Shown one piece after another: positions 1 to 7,885 of a stretch of 32,000 nt of DNA. The notes beneath the pieces are model-generated. The model was given only the letters and a program-made list of their open reading frames with translations. It was not told where the DNA came from and did not search any database. This DNA is from Candidatus Thorarchaeota archaeon (GTDB taxonomy: Archaea; Asgardarchaeota; Thorarchaeia; Thorarchaeales; Thorarchaeaceae), in the NCBI GenBank assembly GCA_003345545.1, contig PRDH01000012.1, forward strand, positions 19,129 through 51,128, in the 5' to 3' direction. The translations under genes were made by a program, and so were the position numbers. How positions within the stretch are numbered: position 1 is the first letter of the stretch; each line of letters starts with the position of its first letter.

Positions 1-659
1 AGTTTGCCTTCGTAGTCAAGAGGGACTGGATGTCGGCCATGATTGCCGATTATGATGAACAATGTTTCATCTCGCGCCTGTCTGAGTAGAACCTTTATCC
101 AGTTGTCAGTTCGTCGAACTATTTTCTCAAGAAGGGTCTTGGGCGGGGTCCGATGTCCATACTGAGCATAGAGGCTCTCAAAGTCCAAAAAGTGGAGATA
201 TAGAAGCTCACTCTTGAAGATGTACTTAGTAGCCTCAATATATGTTGCCATGTCATCATGTGGGGTGACCGTATACGCAGAGTCGAATCCCAAGGTAGCT
301 TGGTCAGCCTCCCTGCATATGACCTTGATCACTTTGCCACAGTCTTTGATGTGTTTGATCATATGAAAGTCGGAACGAGGTCCCTGCAAGAGAGTCTTGA
401 TCAGAGGAATTGCGTAGGGGTCATCAGTCTCGAGGAGGGCAAGAGCCTCCATGTTCTTGATGAGTGCCTCAGGCTTGTAGACGACTGCTTCAAAGAGCCC
501 AAAGTTGTCGATGACAACCATAACCACAGCCTTGGGACTGAACTTGCTGACCAGTTCTTCATTTGCTGGATACAGCCCTTCTGGAATCTCTAGGCCGAGT
601 AGTCTAAGGATAGTAGAGGGAAACTCGACTGCTGTGGTTCGGACTTGCGGGAACGACAT
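1..659 (-). CDS. Alkaline-phosphatase-superfamily metalloenzyme-like protein (phosphodiesterase/pyrophosphatase-like), 3' end off the window
   Basis: Not in the ORF track because it runs off the left edge. The reverse-strand frame from the ATG at 657-659 (purine-rich gaggaaagagg just upstream, in-frame stop at 726-728) is open to position 1. Translation: MSFPQVRTTAVEFPSTILRLLGLEIPEG...KAVVMVVIDNFG...HFLDFESLYAQYGH...LFIIIGNHGRH. The D / D..H / (D/N)HG spacing resembles the metal ligands of this superfamily. Family assignment is tentative. Confidence 0.5.
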   Translation of the reverse strand, partial: MSFPQVRTTAVEFPSTILRLLGLEIPEGLYPANEELVSKFSPKAVVMVVIDNFGLFEAVVYKPEALIKNMEALALLETDDPYAIPLIKTLLQGPRSDFHMIKHIKDCGKVIKVICREADQATLGFDSAYTVTPHDDMATYIEATKYIFKSELLYLHFLDFESLYAQYGHRTPPKTLLEKIVRRTDNWIKVLLRQARDETLFIIIGNHGRHPVPLDYEGK

Positions 660-774
660 TCCTCTTTCCTCAATACACTGCTTACTCTTGTGAATCGACC
701 TATTGAATAAGCTTTGGTGACTGTCCTACGATGACATGACCTCTCTGCCCCAATTCAGAATCCCTCTTTAACCT

Positions 775-1791
775 ATGGAAGCATTAATAGAGAAACCAGA
801 CAATCAGCCGTTCAGAGGTCTTGGAATGACTCTCAAAGATATCATCTACAGTGACTCGGTCAAGTTCATCCTCTCGGGAGGTAAAGGAGGAGTTGGAAAG
901 ACAAGTTGCGCTGGTGCGATAGCAGTGCTGTCAGCACAGCATGGGTTTCGAACTCTGGTCTTATCGACTGATCCGGCACATAGTCTCAGTGACAGCTTCA
1001 ACCAGAACCTCTCAGGGGGAGAAGTCATTCCTATCGAGGGATTCGACAATCTCTGGGCGATGGAAATAAGCACTGAGAAGGGAATGCAGCAGTTCCAAGA
1101 TATTATCGGGGACGGATCTGCTGGTCCTGAGGCACAGATGGCAGCGAATCTTATGGGCGACATGACAGGCATGACACCACCCGGGTCGGATGAAGCAATG
1201 GCATTCGGAAAGATACTCGAGTTCATCGAAGACTCCTCCTATGATCGGGTCATCTTCGATACTGCACCCACAGGTCATACTCTGAAACTCCTTGAATTGC
1301 CAGACCTTCTAGATAGTTGGCTGGGCAAAATCATGACCCTTCGTCAGCGATTGAGCGCGATGATGGGTGGACTCAGAAGTATGTTTGGCGGCGGAAAGCA
1401 AGAAGAAGACAGCTCCTGGGAGATGATTCAACAGACTAAGGATAAGATTCGGGCGGCCCGTATCGAACTCTCAGATCCGGACACCACGCAGTTTGTTGTG
1501 GTCATGATTCCAGAGGCAATGGCAGTCTTCGAAACGCAACGTCTGCTCGCTAGTCTAGACAAATGGCATATCCCTGCCACCAATATGGTCGTGAATCAGC
1601 TTGTTCCTCCCAATCCATCCTGCAAGTTCTGCACAAAACGATATGAGATGCAACAGACGAATCTCAAAGACATTAGAGACCTGTTCTCCGACATCGACAT
1701 CACGGAGGTTCCACTGTTTGATGGAGAGATAAGAGGAATCGAAGAACTCACACGGCTGGGCATGATTCTGATTGGAAACACGGAGGACTGA
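775..1791 (+). CDS. arsA: Get3/ArsA-family tail-anchored-protein targeting ATPase
   Basis: 338 aa. P-loop GGKGGVGKTS, DPAHSLSD, switch II DTAPTGHTLKLLELP, and Met-rich segments (QMAANLMGDMTGMTPP; LSAMMGGLRSMFGG). VNQLVPPNPSCKFCTKRYEMQQ aligns with the Get3 CxxC zinc-dimerisation motif. Confidence 0.9.
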   Translation: MEALIEKPDNQPFRGLGMTLKDIIYSDSVKFILSGGKGGVGKTSCAGAIAVLSAQHGFRTLVLSTDPAHSLSDSFNQNLSGGEVIPIEGFDNLWAMEISTEKGMQQFQDIIGDGSAGPEAQMAANLMGDMTGMTPPGSDEAMAFGKILEFIEDSSYDRVIFDTAPTGHTLKLLELPDLLDSWLGKIMTLRQRLSAMMGGLRSMFGGGKQEEDSSWEMIQQTKDKIRAARIELSDPDTTQFVVVMIPEAMAVFETQRLLASLDKWHIPATNMVVNQLVPPNPSCKFCTKRYEMQQTNLKDIRDLFSDIDITEVPLFDGEIRGIEELTRLGMILIGNTED

Positions 1792-1793
1792 AC

Positions 1794-1895
1794 TTGAAAC
1801 GTGAGACCAGAAGGAAGGTGTACTCTATCATCTTTCTGATTTTGCTCCTTGTATCAGCTGCGGTGACAACGATGCTAATCCTTGGCATGATATGA
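1794..1895 (+). CDS. Putative 33-aa single-pass membrane peptide (C-terminal TMD), not in the ORF track
   Basis: TTG at 1794 lies 2 nt after the get3 stop and is preceded by GGAGGA at 1782-1787 (6-nt spacer). Translation: (M)KRETRRKVYSIIFLILLLVSAAVTTMLILGMI*, i.e. a basic N-terminus followed by about 25 hydrophobic residues up to the stop. An alternative GTG start lies at 1818. Support comes only from the SD and the hydrophobicity pattern. Confidence 0.35.
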   Translation: MKRETRRKVYSIIFLILLLVSAAVTTMLILGMI

Positions 1896-1916
1896 TGGGC
1901 AAAATGAGTGAATTCT

Positions 1917-2060
1917 TCATGCGCCCTTCACGCGTTTCACTACTGGTGGACGGACTTTGTAAAGAATTCTCCCACCGCAGTATGGACATTTGACGCCTGG
2001 CAGTGTCCTAAGGCCATCTGGGGTTACTTCACGATGACAGTTATGACAGGTGTATACCAC
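1917..2060 (-). CDS. rpoP: DNA-directed RNA polymerase subunit P (Rpo12/RpoP)
   Basis: Not in the ORF track (47 aa, GTG start). The reverse-strand translation is (M)VYTCHNCHREVTPDGLRTLPGVKCPYCGGRILYKVRPPVVKRVKGA*. It has a C-x2-C...C-x2-C zinc ribbon and the RILYK.RP..VKRV tail typical of RpoP/Rpb12. An alternative TTG start lies at 2096. Confidence 0.75.
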   Translation of the reverse strand: MVYTCHNCHREVTPDGLRTLPGVKCPYCGGRILYKVRPPVVKRVKGA

Positions 2061-2115
2061 GGTGTGCCACCGTTCTGACTCCCGGAGCCTTAGCAATATG
2101 AAGCTTTGCCTAGAG

Positions 2116-3720
2116 CTATCTTGATTCGAGTTCTGGTTCTCGAACGATCTCGCCCTCTACAAGTCCGCTGCTCAGGACCCTTTGAATTCTGACCTGGAGC
2201 ATTGTGCCTGCCGAAAATCCCCCGGGAACTGTCATAAGCGGACCTTCCTGCAGGGGGTATACCATGGTATAACCGACTTGTGCCCAAGACGGCTCAGCAG
2301 CTATCCCCTGTACGACTCGTCCAAGATAGTCAGTCTTCTTTTTTCGATTGACTCTCTCTGCCTCTCGACGGAGCTGTGCCCCGAACTCGTCCCTAGTTGA
2401 AGACTCCGGAAAACCCTCGAAAGCAGACCCGGGCAGAGATCTGAAACCATAGAGAATGATTCTCTCAGCCCCAGCATCACTGAGAGCCCGCATCATCCTG
2501 ATTGATTCCTTTGTGCTCTCTGCATCCTCTCCCGGTAGCCCATAGATGAAATACACGAAGGGTTTCATGCCATGGTCTACTGCTATACGTACTGCAGTAA
2601 GCACGTCACTAGGGCTTCCACACTTGCCGATGGCCTTAAAGTGTTCGTCAGACCCAGTTTCAATGCCAATATTCGGAGAGCTTGATATCTTCGACTCATT
2701 CAACGCCAGCGCAACAGCTTCAGTGAACAGACACGCTTTCATGTTCTCGATGGCTATGTGTGCTGTTCCGTCCACAAGTTGAGGAAGAGAGTTGAGTTGA
2801 CCAAGGAGACCTCGGATGGCATCAAGATTAGCAGGGGGAAAGCAAGGATCTGTGAGTGGTTCACTACCACGCATATAGTCAAGGAATCCAGGAGACTCAA
2901 GCACGATTCGGTGTGCGCCAAGCTCCAGCAGTCCCTTCACCTCCTGCATAATCACAGCAGAGGAACGGCTTCTTGGAGGCCCCCATGTACTCGGAACACT
3001 GCAGAAACCACAGCCGGGAGGAATATCCTCCGGGCAATTCATTCTAACATCAAGTTTCTCTGAGTCACAGTTTCCACAATCGGAACACTGCCTTCCATTC
3101 CTGAGGGGGAGGGTCGTCCTTCTGAAATTCGAACATCCCCGAGTCACCTCGACATAGATCTTACTCGCCTGATAGGCAGGATAATCGATAATCCTGGTTA
3201 TTGAGGGCATGTAATCCCGTGAGAGTGCCTCTGTCGTGATGAACTCACGAGCTGGTGTCACATGGATCCCGTTAGCTCCCCGAAAAGCAATCCCCTTGAC
3301 TGATGATAGATCGATGGGGTCTTCAAAGAAGTGCCGAGTCACCAACTCCTCAAGCGTAGCCTCTCCTTCTCCCATCACCAATACATCAGCGCTCAGTTCC
3401 CTCAGGACCTCAGGGTTGGATGCGATAGGGCCTCCAATGATTGTCCTTCCAGAGGAACGAGATCTATGTTGCCATTGCTTCATCAGCGTCTTCACAACAG
3501 GAGAATCCATGGTCATAGCACTGATAGCTAGGTGGTCGAACTGCTGGAGGATACTCTTCTTGGATAAGACCTCTTCTGCCCTACGAATTCTGCAATTCAG
3601 CCCGTGTTTCTCGAGAATGCCTGCAACGGACCTTGGTCCGCATCCTATGGAGTCACGTGAGCTGCGACGTTGGCCAGTGCCTGTACTCAATGCATCAATG
3701 ATCAAGATTCGGCCTGTCAT
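2116..3720 (-). CDS. B12-binding-domain radical SAM protein with a C-terminal TRAM-like beta domain
   Basis: 534 aa. N-terminal flavodoxin/B12-like domain (RILIIDALSTG...VLVMGEGE). Radical SAM core with RGC...CGFC, then GLPGE and a TIM-barrel-like pattern. The C-terminus (GRVVQGIAAE...MLQVRIQRV...LVEGEIV) is TRAM-like. The Cys motif is interrupted (see findings). Confidence 0.8.
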   Translation of the reverse strand: MTGRILIIDALSTGTGQRRSSRDSIGCGPRSVAGILEKHGLNCRIRRAEEVLSKKSILQQFDHLAISAMTMDSPVVKTLMKQWQHRSRSSGRTIIGGPIASNPEVLRELSADVLVMGEGEATLEELVTRHFFEDPIDLSSVKGIAFRGANGIHVTPAREFITTEALSRDYMPSITRIIDYPAYQASKIYVEVTRGCSNFRRTTLPLRNGRQCSDCGNCDSEKLDVRMNCPEDIPPGCGFCSVPSTWGPPRSRSSAVIMQEVKGLLELGAHRIVLESPGFLDYMRGSEPLTDPCFPPANLDAIRGLLGQLNSLPQLVDGTAHIAIENMKACLFTEAVALALNESKISSSPNIGIETGSDEHFKAIGKCGSPSDVLTAVRIAVDHGMKPFVYFIYGLPGEDAESTKESIRMMRALSDAGAERIILYGFRSLPGSAFEGFPESSTRDEFGAQLRREAERVNRKKKTDYLGRVVQGIAAEPSWAQVGYTMVYPLQEGPLMTVPGGFSAGTMLQVRIQRVLSSGLVEGEIVREPELESR

Positions 3721-3863
3721 GTGTCTAAATTGAGATGCAAGATCGTACTTTACTCTTGCCCAACGAGTATGACGATTCTACCCTGACGTTCATCCTGTGC
3801 TGCAGGCAGAGGTTGACTACAGGCAGTTGTCCTTTTGATGCGTTTGGTGCCTTCTAAGAAGAG

Positions 3864-3871
3864 TATTTATA
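3864..3871 (+). promoter_or_regulatory. TATA box (tatttata) with purine-rich BRE-like agaagag upstream; candidate aIF1 promoter
   Basis: tatttata sits about 65 nt upstream of the GTG start at 3935, and the SD aaggag is at 3918-3923. The element reads as TATA on both strands, so it could also serve the divergent radical SAM gene. Confidence 0.4.
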
Positions 3872-3934
3872 TGCTCAGAGTGAAAAGCCTCCCCAAGTAT
3901 ATTGCTAAACCAAATCTAAGGAGTACATGACTTA

Positions 3935-4279
3935 GTGAGTAATGACGATGGCGGAATATGCCCCAATTGTGGGTTACCTACGGATCTGTGCGTCTGTGAG
4001 ACCATCGCACAGGAAGAGGCTCGGATTACTGTGAGTATAGAGCGAAGAAAATGGGGCCGGTTGACCACTATTGTCGAGGGTTTTGACAAGAGTATTGACC
4101 TCGGTGACCTGGCTACAAAACTTAAGGCCAAGCTTGCTTGCGGAGGAGCAGCAAAACACGGCCATATCGAACTTCAAGGAGACCATCGGGGAGTCATTGG
4201 AGAAGTTCTAGCGAAGCTTGGATTTCCAGATGAGATGGTCCAGATTGATTGGTCCTTCGTATCTACTGGAAGAGGGTAA
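3935..4279 (+). CDS. sui1: Translation initiation factor aIF1 (SUI1)
   Basis: 114 aa, GTG start. N-terminal CPNCGLPTDLCVC zinc knuckle followed by the SUI1 fold signature ITVSIERRKWGRLTTIVEGF...LATKLKAKLACGG...IELQGDHR. Confidence 0.9.
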   Translation: MSNDDGGICPNCGLPTDLCVCETIAQEEARITVSIERRKWGRLTTIVEGFDKSIDLGDLATKLKAKLACGGAAKHGHIELQGDHRGVIGEVLAKLGFPDEMVQIDWSFVSTGRG

Positions 4280-4332
4280 TTACGCCCTCCGAAACTCCTA
4301 TTTCATAACTGAGTAATCTACAGGCAACAAGA

Positions 4333-5313
4333 TCAGAAGTCCATAGGTTCCAGACCTAGGGAGTCGATACCCAGCTTCTTGACTATCTCCTTGTACCTGT
4401 TCCTTACAGTGACTTCGGTCACTCTAGCAACCTCAGCGATCTCTCGCTGAGTCCGCCGCTCATCAAGCATGATTGAGGCCACGTAGATGGCAGCAGCCGC
4501 TAGCCCAAGTGGGTCGCGACCGATCGTGAGGCCTATATCCCGGCTCTGTTGTAGTATCTCGACAGTCCGAAGTTGCACAGGGCTTGACAGCTCAAGCTGG
4601 CATGCAAACCGTGAGATGTAGTCAATGGGATTGGAGAGGGGAATCTTGATGTCAAGACTTCGAAGAAGTAACCGATAACACTGGCCAAGTTTCTTGCGGT
4701 CAATTCGTGATCCATCAGCCACTTCATCAAGGGGTCGTGGCTTCAAACGTATTCTGCAGGCAGCATAGAGAGTAGCTGCGACCATCGCCTCTATTGAACG
4801 ACCGCGGACTAGTTTCTTGATAATTGACTTTCTATAGAGGAGCGCAGCAAGCTCGCGAATTGGTTCTGGAATGCCAAGTTGTGACGAGAGTCTCTCAAGC
4901 TCGGACATCGCCTGAGCAAGATTCCGATCGAGAGAACTATGAACGCGACTACGTATCTGCCATTTGCGAAGCCGGTAGATTTCGGATCTCCTAGTCGGAC
5001 TGAGTTTCTTTCCTGCAGTATCACGGTCTCGCCAGTCAATAATCGTACTGAGCCCTTTGTCGTGCACGGTGTAGCGGAGCGGAGCACCTACTCGACTCCG
5101 TGAATCACTCTCCTCTGAGCTGAAAGCTCTCCACTCAGCACCTGTATCAATTCGGTGGTCTGAGAGTACAAGTCCACATCCGCCGCAGACTCGTTCACCG
5201 CGAGTAGAGTCCTCTACAACAATTGCCGATTTGCACTCAGGGCACCTCAGAATTTCGACAGTCGCTTCCGATGCTCCTTCTTTTTTGTCCTCGGCGCTTC
5301 CTGTGCGGTCCAA
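4333..5313 (-). CDS. tfb: Transcription initiation factor IIB (TFB)
   Basis: 326 aa, TTG start with GGAGG 9 nt upstream. Zn ribbon CPECKS...CGGCGLV, B-reader/linker (DTGAEWRAF), and two cyclin repeats (AATLYAACR...; AAAIYVASI...TQREIAEVARVTEVTVRNRYKEI). Confidence 0.95.
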   Translation of the reverse strand: MDRTGSAEDKKEGASEATVEILRCPECKSAIVVEDSTRGERVCGGCGLVLSDHRIDTGAEWRAFSSEESDSRSRVGAPLRYTVHDKGLSTIIDWRDRDTAGKKLSPTRRSEIYRLRKWQIRSRVHSSLDRNLAQAMSELERLSSQLGIPEPIRELAALLYRKSIIKKLVRGRSIEAMVAATLYAACRIRLKPRPLDEVADGSRIDRKKLGQCYRLLLRSLDIKIPLSNPIDYISRFACQLELSSPVQLRTVEILQQSRDIGLTIGRDPLGLAAAAIYVASIMLDERRTQREIAEVARVTEVTVRNRYKEIVKKLGIDSLGLEPMDF

Positions 5314-5360
5314 TCGCTCTCCTCCGATGTGTAGGAACCGGTTTAAGACCGTCAGTATTC

Positions 5361-5388
5361 ACTGTCATATCGATGTACCGATGACAGT
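5361..5388 (-). promoter_or_regulatory. Perfect inverted repeat (8-bp arms, 12-nt spacer) in the tfb upstream/leader region
   Basis: actgtcat (5361-5368) and atgacagt (5381-5388) are exact reverse complements, and the spacer contains atcgat. The repeat lies between a TATA-like element (ttaaaagt on the - strand, about 5426-5434) and the tfb start at 5313. Confidence 0.3.
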
Positions 5389-5501
5389 CTCCCAGGACCC
5401 ACAATAACAAAACTACGGAAAAAATACTTTTAATCCTTCTGTGTCCACCGAAAATCGATTCGGCAAGGGACTATGTAATGAAATGTGCATCTCAGAGAAG
5501 G

Positions 5502-6443
5502 CTAGGTGGTCTGTTCATGTCCTTTCTCAGTGATAATGACAGTGTGTTCATGCTGGGACACAAACTGACCCTTCTCTTCAGCTAGGATATGATGCGCGTA
5601 TAGGACACCATTCTGGCGAAGCTCTCTGATTGCCATCTTGAGTGTCGCATGCTTCATGCGCTCTGCGAGCCAGCGTTCAGCGAACGGGAACTCTCTGTAT
5701 TCCTTTCTAGCAATCCCTAGGAACTGTTTCGAACCAGCAAACCGTAATGGGACACGTATCGGAAGAAGCTGATAGATTGTGGGGTTGGGTAGATCAGTTA
5801 TGTTCCCAGAACCTGTACTTGCAAAGGTCTCGACAGCATAGACTTCTCCTGCTTCAACCAAGACCTCGGATTTCCCACCAACACATGGCACCTGTTTTTC
5901 AGCGTGAAGCTCATATTCCTTCAGCTGGTGTCCTGTAAGCTGTTTGATGGGCTTGAACCCTGCCTTGGTGATGGTATCTTCGATGAGCGCACCGATTGTA
6001 TTGAGCTTCGCGCCGGGGCGCATCATCTTGACAGCTACATTGGTGGCATCCTCAGCGGCCTTCACGAGATCCTGATGATCAGGATTCAGAGCCACTGTGA
6101 ATGCAGTATCCGCAATACAACCGTCAACATGGGAACCACAGTCTACGGTGACAAGATCGCCTTTCTGGAGAGTGGTTTCATCATTGAGGGGTGAGGTATA
6201 ATGTGCCGCAATGTTGTTCAGTGATACATTGCATGGAAACGATGTTCCTGAGGAGTTCGCGCGGATGTAGTTCTCAACGGTATTGATGATATCAAGAACC
6301 TTGATTCCGGGCTCAATCATTGGTCGAGCAAGGGCGAGAGCCTCACGTGCCACTGCTCCTGCACGCCGCCACTTTTCCCAGACATCCTTGTTCTCGTTGT
6401 CGTCTTCTTTCTCTTTTGGCATTTCATCCGGCACAGTAACCAC
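5502..6443 (-). CDS. map: Methionine aminopeptidase, type 2 (archaeal/eukaryotic type)
   Basis: 313 aa. Pita-bread motifs FPCNVSLNNIAAHYTP-like, DLVTVDCGSHVDGCIADTAFTV, GHQL, and VYAVETFASTGSG...EHTV. GTG start at 6443 (alternative ATG at 6422). A TATA-like cttttatc on the - strand lies at about 6470-6481. Confidence 0.9.
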   Translation of the reverse strand: MVTVPDEMPKEKEDDNENKDVWEKWRRAGAVAREALALARPMIEPGIKVLDIINTVENYIRANSSGTSFPCNVSLNNIAAHYTSPLNDETTLQKGDLVTVDCGSHVDGCIADTAFTVALNPDHQDLVKAAEDATNVAVKMMRPGAKLNTIGALIEDTITKAGFKPIKQLTGHQLKEYELHAEKQVPCVGGKSEVLVEAGEVYAVETFASTGSGNITDLPNPTIYQLLPIRVPLRFAGSKQFLGIARKEYREFPFAERWLAERMKHATLKMAIRELRQNGVLYAHHILAEEKGQFVSQHEHTVIITEKGHEQTT

Positions 6444-6498
6444 CGACCTGACTGCTCGTCATTGGTGGGACAGATAAAAGTGACGATGGAGCAGAAAC

Positions 6499-6906
6499 CT
6501 ATGATAGTACTTGTTCAATACGTCGTGCAGTTCTGGACATTGAGAAGAACATGTATCCAATGTTGGCACGCTTATTGGTCAGAACGGCAAGGATTGCATC
6601 ATTCCCAGCATCACAGATGATGACATATCCACTCTCTCCCTCGATGAGCATCCTAATGAGAGAACCGCGCTTCAGTTGCTTGAACACCTTTCTGGTAGCC
6701 TCTTGTATCTGAATGGTGCGTCCTGCAATGACATCCTCTTCAGGAATCCGCTTCTCATCAGGACCTTCAGGGTACAGGGAGTATATAGGAAGTCCTTGCG
6801 ACTTTGAGATGATAGCACTCGCTTCCACATTGCCTTGGGAGGCTCTACTCAAATCTAGAAGAAGTTCTTTCAGTAACTCAGTCTTTGAGGACAAGCTATA
6901 GCGCAC
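6499..6906 (-). CDS. Roadblock/LC7 (MglB-like) domain protein
   Basis: 135 aa. Pattern: LLKELL...GNVEASAIISKSQGLPI...EDVIAGRT...LKRGSLIRMLIEGESGYVIICDAGNDAILAVLTNKRANIGYMF...ARRIEQVL. This matches the Robl alpha-beta-alpha layout. Confidence 0.7.
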   Translation of the reverse strand: MRYSLSSKTELLKELLLDLSRASQGNVEASAIISKSQGLPIYSLYPEGPDEKRIPEEDVIAGRTIQIQEATRKVFKQLKRGSLIRMLIEGESGYVIICDAGNDAILAVLTNKRANIGYMFFSMSRTARRIEQVLS

Positions 6907-6945
6907 CTCCCAGAGGAGACTGAGTGAAAAGGGGTTGTCAAGTAT

Positions 6946-7746
6946 TTAAACTCTCTTGGCGCCTGCTTCCTTCAAGGCTTTGACTATCTTCTTCAGTCCT
7001 TCACCCTTGTCTTTTTGAACATATTTCTCGAGATAGGTCCCTTGGACAACTATTGATGCTCCAGCCTCTATGGCACCGACCACAGACGCTGCATCATTAA
7101 AGCCTCCTCCGGTAATCACAGGAATCTCGATGAACTTCGAAACCATGGCTATCATCTCAGGAGGCACACCTCCGCCTTCTGCTCCGCTGCCAGCTTCAAG
7201 ATAGACAAGCTTCATGCCAAGAAGTTCGGCAGCAATGGCATACATCGCTGGAATCTTGGGCTTGTCCCGAAGGAAGGGTTTTGCGTCGCCGACCCATGCT
7301 GCAGTCTTCCCGGGAGCCACCATGAGATACGCCATTGGGATTGTCTCAATACCGGCGAGTTTGATTTTCGGTGCCGCTAGAGCCTGTGCTCCAATGATCC
7401 AGTAGGGATTTGTGCTGTTGAGAAGAGTCATGAAGAACATTGCGTCCGCGTATTCAGAAACCCCTGTGATATTGCCGGGAAAGAGGATCGTTGGAATATC
7501 AATAGCCTCGTTGATCTCACGCACTGCGTCGTCAATCACACCAAAGACTGTGCTTCCACCTATCATTGCCGCATCGCTGCCTGCCTTCTCAGCAAGTTTA
7601 GCAATCTCTACAACATCTTCGATAGTTGTAGAAAGTGGATCAGGATCAAGTAGGGAGAAATGAAGTGCACCCTCAGTCTCTAGCTTCTCCGTGATGTAGC
7701 TCCAGACCTTGCCTGGCATTATGAAACCTCCATCGGATATGGCCAT
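6946..7746 (-). CDS. Geranylgeranylglyceryl phosphate synthase (PcrB/GGGPS family)
   Basis: 266 aa. Motifs HFSLLDPDP, AAMIGGS, ILFPGN, VYLEAGSGA, and PVITGGGF, as expected for a TIM-barrel GGGPS. Confidence 0.9.
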   Translation of the reverse strand: MAISDGGFIMPGKVWSYITEKLETEGALHFSLLDPDPLSTTIEDVVEIAKLAEKAGSDAAMIGGSTVFGVIDDAVREINEAIDIPTILFPGNITGVSEYADAMFFMTLLNSTNPYWIIGAQALAAPKIKLAGIETIPMAYLMVAPGKTAAWVGDAKPFLRDKPKIPAMYAIAAELLGMKLVYLEAGSGAEGGGVPPEMIAMVSKFIEIPVITGGGFNDAASVVGAIEAGASIVVQGTYLEKYVQKDKGEGLKKIVKALKEAGAKRV

Positions 7747-7885
7747 CCGGTCCCAGCGTGCTTTTTACACTTTTGGTGGGATTTTCCACTAGATTAATGT
7801 CTATCTAGGTAGGCTGCATTCTCATCAAATACCTCAACGTGCAATTCGACGCTGTTGCCCGGGAGAGTACTGTGCCGGTGAGCTA

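Noticed and set aside
258-693. + strand ORFs 258-593 and 505-693 from the ORF track
   Set aside because: They lie antisense to a longer reverse-strand frame (1-659) that is open to the window edge and has an SD, an ATG and recognisable metalloenzyme-like motifs. The + strand translations have no recognisable features.
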